This document shows positions 1 to 6,136 of a stretch of 9,772 bases of DNA, piece by piece (position 1 is the first letter of the stretch; each line of letters begins with the position of its first letter). Below the pieces are notes generated by a model. That model searched no databases, was not told the DNA's origin, and worked only from the letters and a program-made list of their open reading frames with translations. The stretch is from Amoebidium appalachense. Taxonomy: Eukaryota > Protista > Ichthyosporea. Made by a program: the position numbers and the translations under genes. Location: contig CAVNZM010000092.1 in the NCBI GenBank assembly GCA_963693365.1, positions 1 through 9,772 of the forward strand. The letters are read 5' to 3'.

Positions 1-1
1 T

Positions 2-478
2 GGGCGCATCGCCGTCCAGCTCGGCAAGCAGGTGACCGTCGACACTGACGACCTTCTCCAAAACACACTGGGAAACAGGGGTTGCATGGGGGGTACGCTG
101 GTAAAGGCACACATGCACGCCTGCCGCGTGGGCGTGCTCACGAACAAAGGTCGAATCAAACTGCGTTCATTCACGGACATGCAGGGCCACGGGTCATGTG
201 CCATTAAGCGGGAAATACAGAGGAACGGGCCTGTCGCCATGCACGTGCTCGAACACCGCTCGATGAAGCGGCTTGGCCCTGAGGAGACGTGGACACCGGA
301 TCCGGGTGAAAGGCCCGTGGGCGGGCATGCGGTGATGGTGTTCGGGTGGGACGATGCCAGGGGCGGCTGGCTGGTGCAGAACAGCTGGGGGCAAGGGTGG
401 GCGGCGGGCGGGCGTGGCGTCATGGCCTACGGGGCCGGGGGTATCGACTCACTACACGTTTTGGCAGGCATGTTCTGA
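2..478 (+). CDS. Papain-like (C1A) cysteine protease, C-terminal part; 5' end lies outside the window
   Basis: The frame is open from base 2 (GRIAVQLGKQVTVDTDDLL..GCMGG). It contains the GCxGG motif, IKREIQRNGPV, the catalytic His in GGHAVMVFGW and the catalytic Asn in WLVQNSWGQGW. The catalytic Cys would be upstream of the window. Confidence 0.92.
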   Translation, partial: GRIAVQLGKQVTVDTDDLLQNTLGNRGCMGGTLVKAHMHACRVGVLTNKGRIKLRSFTDMQGHGSCAIKREIQRNGPVAMHVLEHRSMKRLGPEETWTPDPGERPVGGHAVMVFGWDDARGGWLVQNSWGQGWAAGGRGVMAYGAGGIDSLHVLAGMF

Positions 479-483
479 TATGT

Positions 484-729
484 TTAGATCACGTAGCTCA
501 CCGTGGTGTTGAGCACGTTCCGCAGGTCGGTGCCGTCCTTGGCGGTGTTGGTGATGTCGTTTCTGGGGTCCACGTCCACCTTGACAGGCGCCACGGCGAT
601 GGGCACGGGCACGTAGTTGGAATGCCGGGGACACGTGCTCTGCGGCGGCGGCGCCTGCGGTTGCTGCGACCAGTAGTACCAGATGGTAACGATGGCCAGC
701 AGCAAGAGCGTGTTGTTGTTGATCTCCAT
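484..729 (-). CDS. Small membrane protein (81 aa), unknown function
   Basis: Likely start MEINNN at 729 in TAATG context. N-terminal hydrophobic segment TLLLLAIVTIWYYW followed by a Pro/Gln-rich linker; GC-rich third codon positions; fits between neighbouring genes without overlap. Confidence 0.65.
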   Translation of the reverse strand: MEINNNTLLLLAIVTIWYYWSQQPQAPPPQSTCPRHSNYVPVPIAVAPVKVDVDPRNDITNTAKDGTDLRNVLNTTVSYVI

Positions 730-766
730 TAGCGGGGCCCTCCAAAAAAAAATATTGCCATAGCTC

Positions 767-1072
767 ATGGCTGATTCTTACGGTCGCATTTTGCTCTCCA
801 ACCAAAACGACCTTACAATGGGTATGGTCATGAACGAGGTGCAGGTGCGCAGCACGACGAGTGACAGGGGCAAGCGCTCCACGCGCCTGGACTACACCGC
901 CCTCGAAGCCGCAAACCGCTACACAACTCCACGTACGGCCGTCCCGGCATCCATGTACGCCGTGCGTCTCGAGCCCAGGGACATGATCCATCCGTACCCG
1001 ATGGAGAAGAACCGCGCGGTCACCTACGAAATGGCGTTCCAGGACGCGTGGCGCGGCGGCATGCCGGCCTGA
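767..1072 (+). CDS. Hypothetical protein (101 aa)
   Basis: ATG follows an A-tract at 744-756; high GC3; tiles between neighbouring genes; no recognised motif. Confidence 0.65.
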   Translation: MADSYGRILLSNQNDLTMGMVMNEVQVRSTTSDRGKRSTRLDYTALEAANRYTTPRTAVPASMYAVRLEPRDMIHPYPMEKNRAVTYEMAFQDAWRGGMPA

Positions 1073-1084
1073 GGCCACCCCCCA

Positions 1085-1118
1085 GAAGGTATAAAAGAAG
1101 CTCGCATGCCCTCATTTC
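1085..1118 (+). promoter_or_regulatory. TATA-box promoter (GAAGGTATAAAAG) with initiator-like TCATTTC
   Basis: TATAAAAG at 1090-1097 lies 42 nt before ATG 1132. The same 11-mer GAAGGTATAAA precedes the KilA-N gene on the minus strand. Confidence 0.6.
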
Positions 1119-1131
1119 CACGCTCGCAAAC

Positions 1132-1830
1132 ATGCAGTTCGCACACTGGACAGAAGCCATCCATGGCCGCGACATCACCATCGGGCCCTCCAAGCTGGAG
1201 AGCAACAGGGCAGGCAACCACACCGCCATCTACTTCCCTGTGCGCCGCCAGAACAAGCCCATCCGCTTCTACACCCCCCTGCTAAAGTGCAAGTTCCCCC
1301 CCAACGAGGAGTACAACTCGCTGGACTGTTCGCAGTACGCGCCTTCAAGTGGATGCCAGGAGCAGCTGGACAGCTTTATTTCGGCCGTCCGCGACCTCGA
1401 GGCCGCCGTGGTCTCCTGGGCCGTGGCCAACGCCGAGCTGGCGTTCTCCGACTTTGACCCCATCCCCGACGAGATGGCCATCAACCACCGCATGCGCTCG
1501 TGCCTCGTCGACCGCATCGAGTCCATCAAGTTCCGCCTGGTGCCCGACTCCGGCGCCAACTACTTTGACGCCAGCGGCAAGCCCATGGACCGCGAGCAGG
1601 TGCTGGCCGTGTTCAACAGCCCCAACCTGCCCAACGTGCGCGTCGCCGGCGAGATCAAGTCCGTGGGCATCTACAACGGCGTCAAGCGCAAGGGCCAGCG
1701 TGTCGAGTTCGACGGCAAGCTCGAGGTGCGCCTGTTTGCCCTCCAGATCCGCGTGCTACCTCCCGACGAGGCCGACGGCACCAACCTTCCCAACGGCGTC
1801 TGCCTGCTCCCACCCGAGGAATCCATGTAG
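1132..1830 (+). CDS. Probable NCLDV single-stranded DNA-binding protein (DUF2738-like, T7 gp2.5-type OB fold), 232 aa
   Basis: Pattern KPIRFYTPLLKCKFP ... FISAVRDLEAAVVSWAVAN ... YFDASGKPM ... VAGEIKSVGIY ... ALQIRV plus an acidic tail resembles NCLDV SSBs. Start reassigned to the ATG after the TATA box; very high GC3. Confidence 0.65.
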   Translation: MQFAHWTEAIHGRDITIGPSKLESNRAGNHTAIYFPVRRQNKPIRFYTPLLKCKFPPNEEYNSLDCSQYAPSSGCQEQLDSFISAVRDLEAAVVSWAVANAELAFSDFDPIPDEMAINHRMRSCLVDRIESIKFRLVPDSGANYFDASGKPMDREQVLAVFNSPNLPNVRVAGEIKSVGIYNGVKRKGQRVEFDGKLEVRLFALQIRVLPPDEADGTNLPNGVCLLPPEESM

Positions 1831-1842
1831 TCCGGTCTGTGT

Positions 1843-2412
1843 CTAGGAGTCCACCATCATGTCCTGCTTGTTCAGTTCGTTCTTTGCGTCCTGTATGCGT
1901 GTCTCTAGGCCTTCGGCCAGCTGGTGCCTGTGGCGCAGCTCGTTGTTCATGATCTCCTCCATGGTCTTGTTAGGATGCACCACCTCTTCGCACATAACCG
2001 TCTTGGGCGGCACCACAAACCATTCGTACATGGGTGCCACGTAGATGTCCCAGAACGGGTCCTTCTCCTGGAGCACCCGGGCGTGCGCGTTGGCCTCCTC
2101 CACGGTGTTGAACGCCCCGCGGATCTTCATGCCGCACTGGTTGTCGCTTGTCACCTGGTCGAGGCCCTGGGCGGCACACGACATAACAATAAAGTTCAGT
2201 CCTTCAACCTTGACTGGGTCGGTCTCGGCTTTGATCTCGTTCATGGCCGGGCGTGGGATCTGGGTCTTGCTGTAGTTGGTTGTGGCCACACCCGTGGGCA
2301 GGGTGACCTCGGGGGGTGGGGGCCTGGGCAGACACAGGGCCTTGGTCTCCGCCGTGTCACACATGTCCTCGTCGCTGTCGCTCAGGCTGCGCTTCGATGA
2401 ACAGCGGTCCAT
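1843..2412 (-). CDS. Conserved NCLDV protein, DUF5832-like (189 aa)
   Basis: GMKIRGAFNTVEEANAHARVLQEKDPFWDIYVAPMYEWFVVPP matches the recalled KIRGxFxTxxEAxxHAxxLQxxDxxFDIYV motif of mimivirus/phycodnavirus proteins. Start at MDRCSS (2412, TAATG context) avoids overlap with the next gene. Confidence 0.75.
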   Translation of the reverse strand: MDRCSSKRSLSDSDEDMCDTAETKALCLPRPPPPEVTLPTGVATTNYSKTQIPRPAMNEIKAETDPVKVEGLNFIVMSCAAQGLDQVTSDNQCGMKIRGAFNTVEEANAHARVLQEKDPFWDIYVAPMYEWFVVPPKTVMCEEVVHPNKTMEEIMNNELRHRHQLAEGLETRIQDAKNELNKQDMMVDS

Positions 2413-2512
2413 TACCGTGCGGGGAGAAAATATTTCACAGGCAAAATGGCGCTGCCCGCTGGTCCGCCGCGCCTGAATGTATCCAGACGACAAGATGGTG
2501 TGTATACTCGGA

Positions 2513-3223
2513 ATGGGCGACTGTGGCAACAGCACGACCACGACGCTGCAAAACATCGTCCGCAATTCCGTGTCCACGAGCATCAAGGTTGATCAGAGCG
2601 TAAGCGCCTCAACCATGACGGACCAGAAGATGACGATCTCGGGTCTCACGGGTGCGGACCTCGGCGAAATTAATCAGCTCCAGCGCGTCAAGATCAACAT
2701 CAAGGCCATACAGAAGACCCAGAGCACGAACGAGTTCAAGAGTAAGTTGGAAGCGGAGCTCAACGAGAAACTCAAGCAGAAGACCGAGCTGGGCAGCAGC
2801 GGCAAGAACTCCAGCGACACGTTCTCGCAGACCATCAACGACTTCACCTTCAATGCAACACGCGCGTTTGACAGCTCGCTGACCCTCGTGATGAACGCGA
2901 AGCAGGAGATGGAGATCAAAGACGACAGAAACCTGAAAATCAAGAAAATCAATCAGGTACAGACCATCGAAGCGCTGGCCGAGCTCGTGTCGGAGAACAT
3001 CATGAACGACAAGGCGGTCCAGGAGTCGGCTGCAAAGCTGGAGAAGATTACCGAACAGTCGAGCGAGGGTCTTGCCGGCATGTTTGGTGCGTTCGGTGGC
3101 ATGCTCAAGGTCGTCGCCGTCATTTTGGTGCTTGCCATCGTGGGGTATCTGCTGTTCCGCTTATTAGGCATGCCAAAGACGAATGCCGGCACGGCACAAG
3201 ACATGCCCCGCGGCATGTACTAA
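2513..3223 (+). CDS. L1R/F9L-like (putatively myristoylated) virion membrane protein, 236 aa
   Basis: Starts MG, followed by an S/T/N/Q-rich ectodomain with a two-fold internal repeat (DQKMTISG..INQLQ / KQEMEIKD..INQVQ), then QSSEGL, a single C-terminal TM helix (VVAVILVLAIVGYLLF) and a short tail. This matches the layout of NCLDV L1R/E248R-like proteins. Confidence 0.7.
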   Translation: MGDCGNSTTTTLQNIVRNSVSTSIKVDQSVSASTMTDQKMTISGLTGADLGEINQLQRVKINIKAIQKTQSTNEFKSKLEAELNEKLKQKTELGSSGKNSSDTFSQTINDFTFNATRAFDSSLTLVMNAKQEMEIKDDRNLKIKKINQVQTIEALAELVSENIMNDKAVQESAAKLEKITEQSSEGLAGMFGAFGGMLKVVAVILVLAIVGYLLFRLLGMPKTNAGTAQDMPRGMY

Positions 3224-3275
3224 TTGGTCACGTCGCTCCGTCCGTCCCTCCACAAACCGCTTTGTTGTTTATTAA

Positions 3276-3313
3276 GACCAATGGGAGGAATCCTGCCCAG
3301 GGGCAGCTTTCCT
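3276..3313. repeat. Palindromic repeat copy 1 (28-bp core 3286-3313)
   Basis: gaccaatggg-AGGAatcctgcccaggggcagctTTCCT; arms aggaa/ttcct and ctgccc/gggcag. Confidence 0.8.
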
Positions 3314-3462
3314 TGGTATATTGCCAGGTTATGCTACTTGATCTCCCTTGAATAGTTGCAAATGCAACTTCTCGTCACGTGACCCACCCAACCCACCGGT
3401 CGTTTTGAACAATGGCCTCTCTTGTTAGGCATAGTCGTTTATTTGAAAATTCATAAATAGGC

Positions 3463-3505
3463 CAGTCGGCGAATGGGAGGAAAGTTGGCATTCGCCAACT
3501 CTCCT
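3463..3505. repeat. Palindromic repeat copy 2 (28-bp core 3478-3505)
   Basis: cagtcggcgaatggg-AGGAaagttggcattcgccaactcTCCT; arms agttggc/gccaact. Confidence 0.85.
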
Positions 3506-3549
3506 TCGAGAGAATAAAACAGCACACATATTCCAGTAAACACTATCAA

Positions 3550-3563
3550 CCCCCCCCCCCCCC
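3550..3563. repeat. C14 homopolymer (G14 on the minus strand) 3 nt after the KilA-N gene stop
   Basis: Directly visible run of 14 C. Confidence 0.95.
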
Positions 3564-4072
3564 TTTTCACACCCTATCAAACCCAAACCGCACGCACAGG
3601 TCCCGGGCACGGGACTCGAGCACCTCGGTGCCAGCACCGGAGGCCAGCTCGTTGAACCTCGCCACTACCATATAGAACTGGCGCCAGGTCAGGTGCGTGG
3701 CGTTGCGCAGCGACCAGCGGATCTTGCACGCCCCGTAGATGGCCGTCAGGTACGTCACGGATGTCTTGCGGTGGATCCGCAGGCGCCTGCACATGTCCTC
3801 GTCGATGTCCACCAGCCTGCCAATGTGCAGCTGGATGTCGGGCACGTCCATCTCCCTGAGCCACGGCGCCAGGATCTTGGCCATGTCGTCCATGGTGTGC
3901 TTGACCAGCGTGCGGCCGTACTCGGTGTCCGCGCAGCTGTCGTCCGGCATGATGTAGGGGGAAGCGCGAGGGCACGCTGCGGGTACGGCTCCTGGAACAG
4001 GTTCTTGGTCACGGCGAGGGCCTGGTGCAGTGCCTCATCGTACTTGGTGATGAGGTTCGCGTACTTGAAGGT

Positions 4073-4137
4073 CAGCTCGCTGTTCTGCTCGACCAGGTGC
4101 ATGTTCTTCCGCACCAGCTCGCTGTTCTGCTCGACCA
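4073..4137. repeat. 23-bp exact direct repeat at 42-bp period (VEQNSEL x2) in the coiled coil
   Basis: cagctcgctgttctgctcgacca at 4073-4095 and 4115-4137. Confidence 0.9.
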
Positions 4138-4459
4138 CGTCCATCATGGTGCGCTGCACGAGGCTGGCGACACGATCGACCATGTCGATGTCCATAGGGG
4201 CGGGCTCGGCACGGGCTGCGCGCACCTCGTCCATGTCAATGGCCATCTTGCTGGTTGTGGTCCCGTTGTAGTTGTCGCAGATGTCGATGACATCGGCCAA
4301 CACGGAGTAGTCGCCCGTGAACATGCGCGAGAGCAGCGCATCCGTGTGCACGGCAAAGTCGATGGAGACGTAGCGGGCAAGCGCCGGGAACAACGCGATG
4401 TGCACGAAGGTGCCGCGCAGCGCCAGGTCGCCGGACTTCTTCTTGGAATTCGATGTGTC

Positions 4460-4541
4460 GATGACGTCATCGATGCTCAGCGGACCAATGGGAGGAAAGT
4501 TAGTTTCGACCACCTTTCCTCTGATTGGCTGTTCGTTGATC
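4460..4541. repeat. Palindromic repeat copy 3, inside the KilA-N coding sequence (core 4493-4520)
   Basis: gatgacgtcatc-N6-cagcggaccaatggg-AGGAaagttagtttcgaccacctTTCCT-ctgattggctgtt; ungapped match to 5003-5084 (63/82 by hand count). Confidence 0.9.
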
Positions 4542-4867
4542 TTGGCGACAACCTTTTCCAACAATCCAGTGTTAGCCTTGCTCCAAATCGAACCTTCTTC
4601 TCCACTCCATCGTCGGCCTTCTCGGTGTTGTACTGGCGCCCCACGTTGCATAGCATGGTGCCGTTGAAGTACACATGCCCGTTAGGGTAGGTGGTCGTCA
4701 CCGTCAGCACTCTCTCCGCGAAGTCCATGGTCGCCGGCGCGGTCATCTCCTTGAAAGCAGGGTAGGTAGGAGCCAGGGTGCCGGGCGCAGGGGTTGGTGC
4801 TGCCATGTCGATCTCCATCTTGCTTGGCTTCTTGCTGTGTCTTGTCTTGATGTTGATGTGATTGACT

Positions 4868-4901
4868 TCCAGACTGACAGCAGCGCCCTATTTATACCTT
4901 C
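4868..4901 (-). promoter_or_regulatory. TATA-box promoter of the KilA-N gene (GAAGGTATAAATAG, followed by TCAGT)
   Basis: Minus-strand TATAAATAG at 4896-4888, 78 nt before ATG 4818; shares GAAGGTATAAA with 1085-1095. Confidence 0.6.
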
Positions 4902-5002
4902 GCGGTCGACACATCCGGTTCAATTGCGGCTAAACTTCAGAATTGCTGAAACGTCGAGCTTGAAATCCTCTGGGCAAGCCTTCTCGCTGCTCTCGGACTG
5001 GT

Positions 5003-5084
5003 GATGACGTCATCCTACAGCAGCCGACCAATGGGAGGAGAGTTGGGAATTCCCAACTCTCCTCTGATTGGCTGTTGGATGATC
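5003..5084. repeat. Palindromic repeat copy 4: perfect 30-bp palindrome (5035-5064) centred on GAATTC, with inverted CCAAT boxes and an adjacent TGACGTCA
   Basis: gaggagagttgggaa|ttcccaactctcctc; ccaat at 5028-5032, attgg at 5067-5071; gatgacgtcatc at 5003-5014. Confidence 0.95.
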
Positions 5085-5099
5085 CCCCATTGTTCCCGA

Positions 5100-5288
5100 C
5101 TATTCCTGTGCAGCCGCTTGTGGATTTGTTGCTCGCACCTGCCGCTTGAGCTCCTCGGGCACCGAGAGCCGCACCTTGTCCTCCTTGCAATCCAACCGCG
5201 CCATGATCGTCGCCAGCATGTAGTGCACCCGTGCAAACTCGAGGCTCACGACGTGCGACAGTGCGTCCACTGGATCCGCGGCATCCAT
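5100..5288 (-). CDS. Small hypothetical protein (62 aa)
   Basis: High GC3, amphipathic-helix-like sequence, divergent from 5323 across a 34-bp spacer with an AT-rich core. Confidence 0.5.
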   Translation of the reverse strand: MDAADPVDALSHVVSLEFARVHYMLATIMARLDCKEDKVRLSVPEELKRQVRATNPQAAAQE

Positions 5289-5322
5289 ACAGAGGCACCC
5301 CGATTTTATTGCCGCACTGGTA

Positions 5323-5835
5323 ATGGACGTCTACACCCGCTACTTCTCCGGCGGCGGTCCGCACTACGACGCCCTCATGACCCGCGAGAACCTCGCACGT
5401 CTGCAGGCCGCGCTGCCGTTCCATGCGGACGTGTCCGACCTGCATGACGCCCTCACAAACGCCTACAACACCATGTTCGCCCAGGGCGCGTTCACGGGGA
5501 ACACCGACCGTGCCCTCCAGGAAACCACGCAGCTTGCCGCTGACATGCTCGTCGAGCAGCAGAACGCCGCCCTCGCCATGGCCGACGCGCAGCACGCGCT
5601 GGACCTCGCACGCACGGAGGGGCCCACGGTCATCGCACGCCCCATCCCCATCCCGGGCAAGGGCCGCTCGCACAAGCGCGAGCCGCCCCCGCCACGCACG
5701 GCCGACACGTTCAACCGTGACGTTCGCGTCGCCACGGTCCCTCGGTCCAACCGCTCGCTTTCGGCCGTCGAGCTGCGGCAGATGCGGGGCGTTGCCACCC
5801 AGGAGCTCTTCGACACCATCAGCTACACGCTGTGA
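5323..5835 (+). CDS. Hypothetical protein (170 aa)
   Basis: TAATG start context, high GC3, helical N-terminal half; stop lies 2 bp from the convergent gene's stop. Confidence 0.75.
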   Translation: MDVYTRYFSGGGPHYDALMTRENLARLQAALPFHADVSDLHDALTNAYNTMFAQGAFTGNTDRALQETTQLAADMLVEQQNAALAMADAQHALDLARTEGPTVIARPIPIPGKGRSHKREPPPPRTADTFNRDVRVATVPRSNRSLSAVELRQMRGVATQELFDTISYTL

Positions 5836-5837
5836 GC

Positions 5838-6116
5838 TCACCACGTGATCATGAGCTCGTTGCCCCGCCGCGTCACAGTGTACTTGCGCATGCGCAGGCT
5901 GCGCACGAGCAGGTTGCCCACGGCGTCGACGTCGTAGGTGGTGGTGGTCATGGGCATGCGGTACAGCACGCACCGCTCGCCCAGGCGCGCGCGCCACGCG
6001 ATGGTATTGTACACGTTGACCAAGAGGCTGTCGGCCACGGCCTTGCGGTGCCGGTCAACCGACCCCGCCATATTTTTTGCAACATCAGCGGTCAGGCATA
6101 TGCGTTCACGAGCCAT
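5838..6116 (-). CDS. Conserved small NCLDV protein, DUF5759-like (92 aa)
   Basis: Pattern VYNTI..RARLG..CVLYRMP....YD.......LVRSLR..KYTV.....LMITW resembles the recalled family ending in LxISW. It is adjacent to a DUF5767-like gene. Confidence 0.7.
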   Translation of the reverse strand: MARERICLTADVAKNMAGSVDRHRKAVADSLLVNVYNTIAWRARLGERCVLYRMPMTTTTYDVDAVGNLLVRSLRMRKYTVTRRGNELMITW

Positions 6117-6136
6117 GTTTTATTGGGGCATATACT

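Larger units (their letters stand above)
3567..4818 (-). pseudogene. KilA-N (APSES-like) DNA-binding domain protein with coiled coil and C-terminal domain, interrupted by two -1 frameshifts (about 417 aa if repaired)
   Basis: The N-terminal KilA-N motif YFNGTMLC is in ORF 4477-4818 and the C-terminal motif RGTFVHIALFPALARYVSIDFA is in ORF 3755-4651. High-GC3 coding then continues in ORF 3567-3950. One base added near 4590 and one in the G5 run at 3957-3961 give a continuous 1254-nt frame. It could be an intact gene with sequencing errors. Confidence 0.8.

Noticed and set aside
2428-2435. Marseillevirus-type AAATATTT promoter as a taxonomic marker
   Set aside because: Only one exact occurrence noticed; it is explained as part of the T-tract/TAATG motif.
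3950-4600. Canonical programmed -1 ribosomal frameshifting
   Set aside because: No X XXY YYZ heptamer at either junction, and the palindrome is far beyond the usual 5-9 nt spacing.
346-4690. ORFs 346-732 +, 452-1078 -, 1349-1846 +, 1924-2400 +, 3693-4271 +, 4025-4690 +
   Set aside because: They overlap better-supported genes and are expected from stop-codon scarcity in GC-rich DNA.
4460-5084. Diversity-generating retroelement TR/VR pair
   Set aside because: Mismatches are not confined to adenines on either strand, and no reverse transcriptase gene is in the window.
3276-5084. CRISPR array
   Set aside because: Spacing between copies is irregular (192, 1015, 543 bp), the variable part is the palindrome centre, and no cas genes are visible.
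4930-5100. Second KilA-N pseudogene upstream
   Set aside because: Similarity is limited to the 82-bp repeat; flanking translations show no KilA-N motifs and there is an in-register stop.
768-6077. ORF-track starts at 768, 1048, 2477, 2586 and 6077
   Set aside because: Most cause overlaps with neighbours or run through promoter-like AT tracts; downstream ATGs (729, 1132, 2513, 2412, 6137) fit the motifs better.
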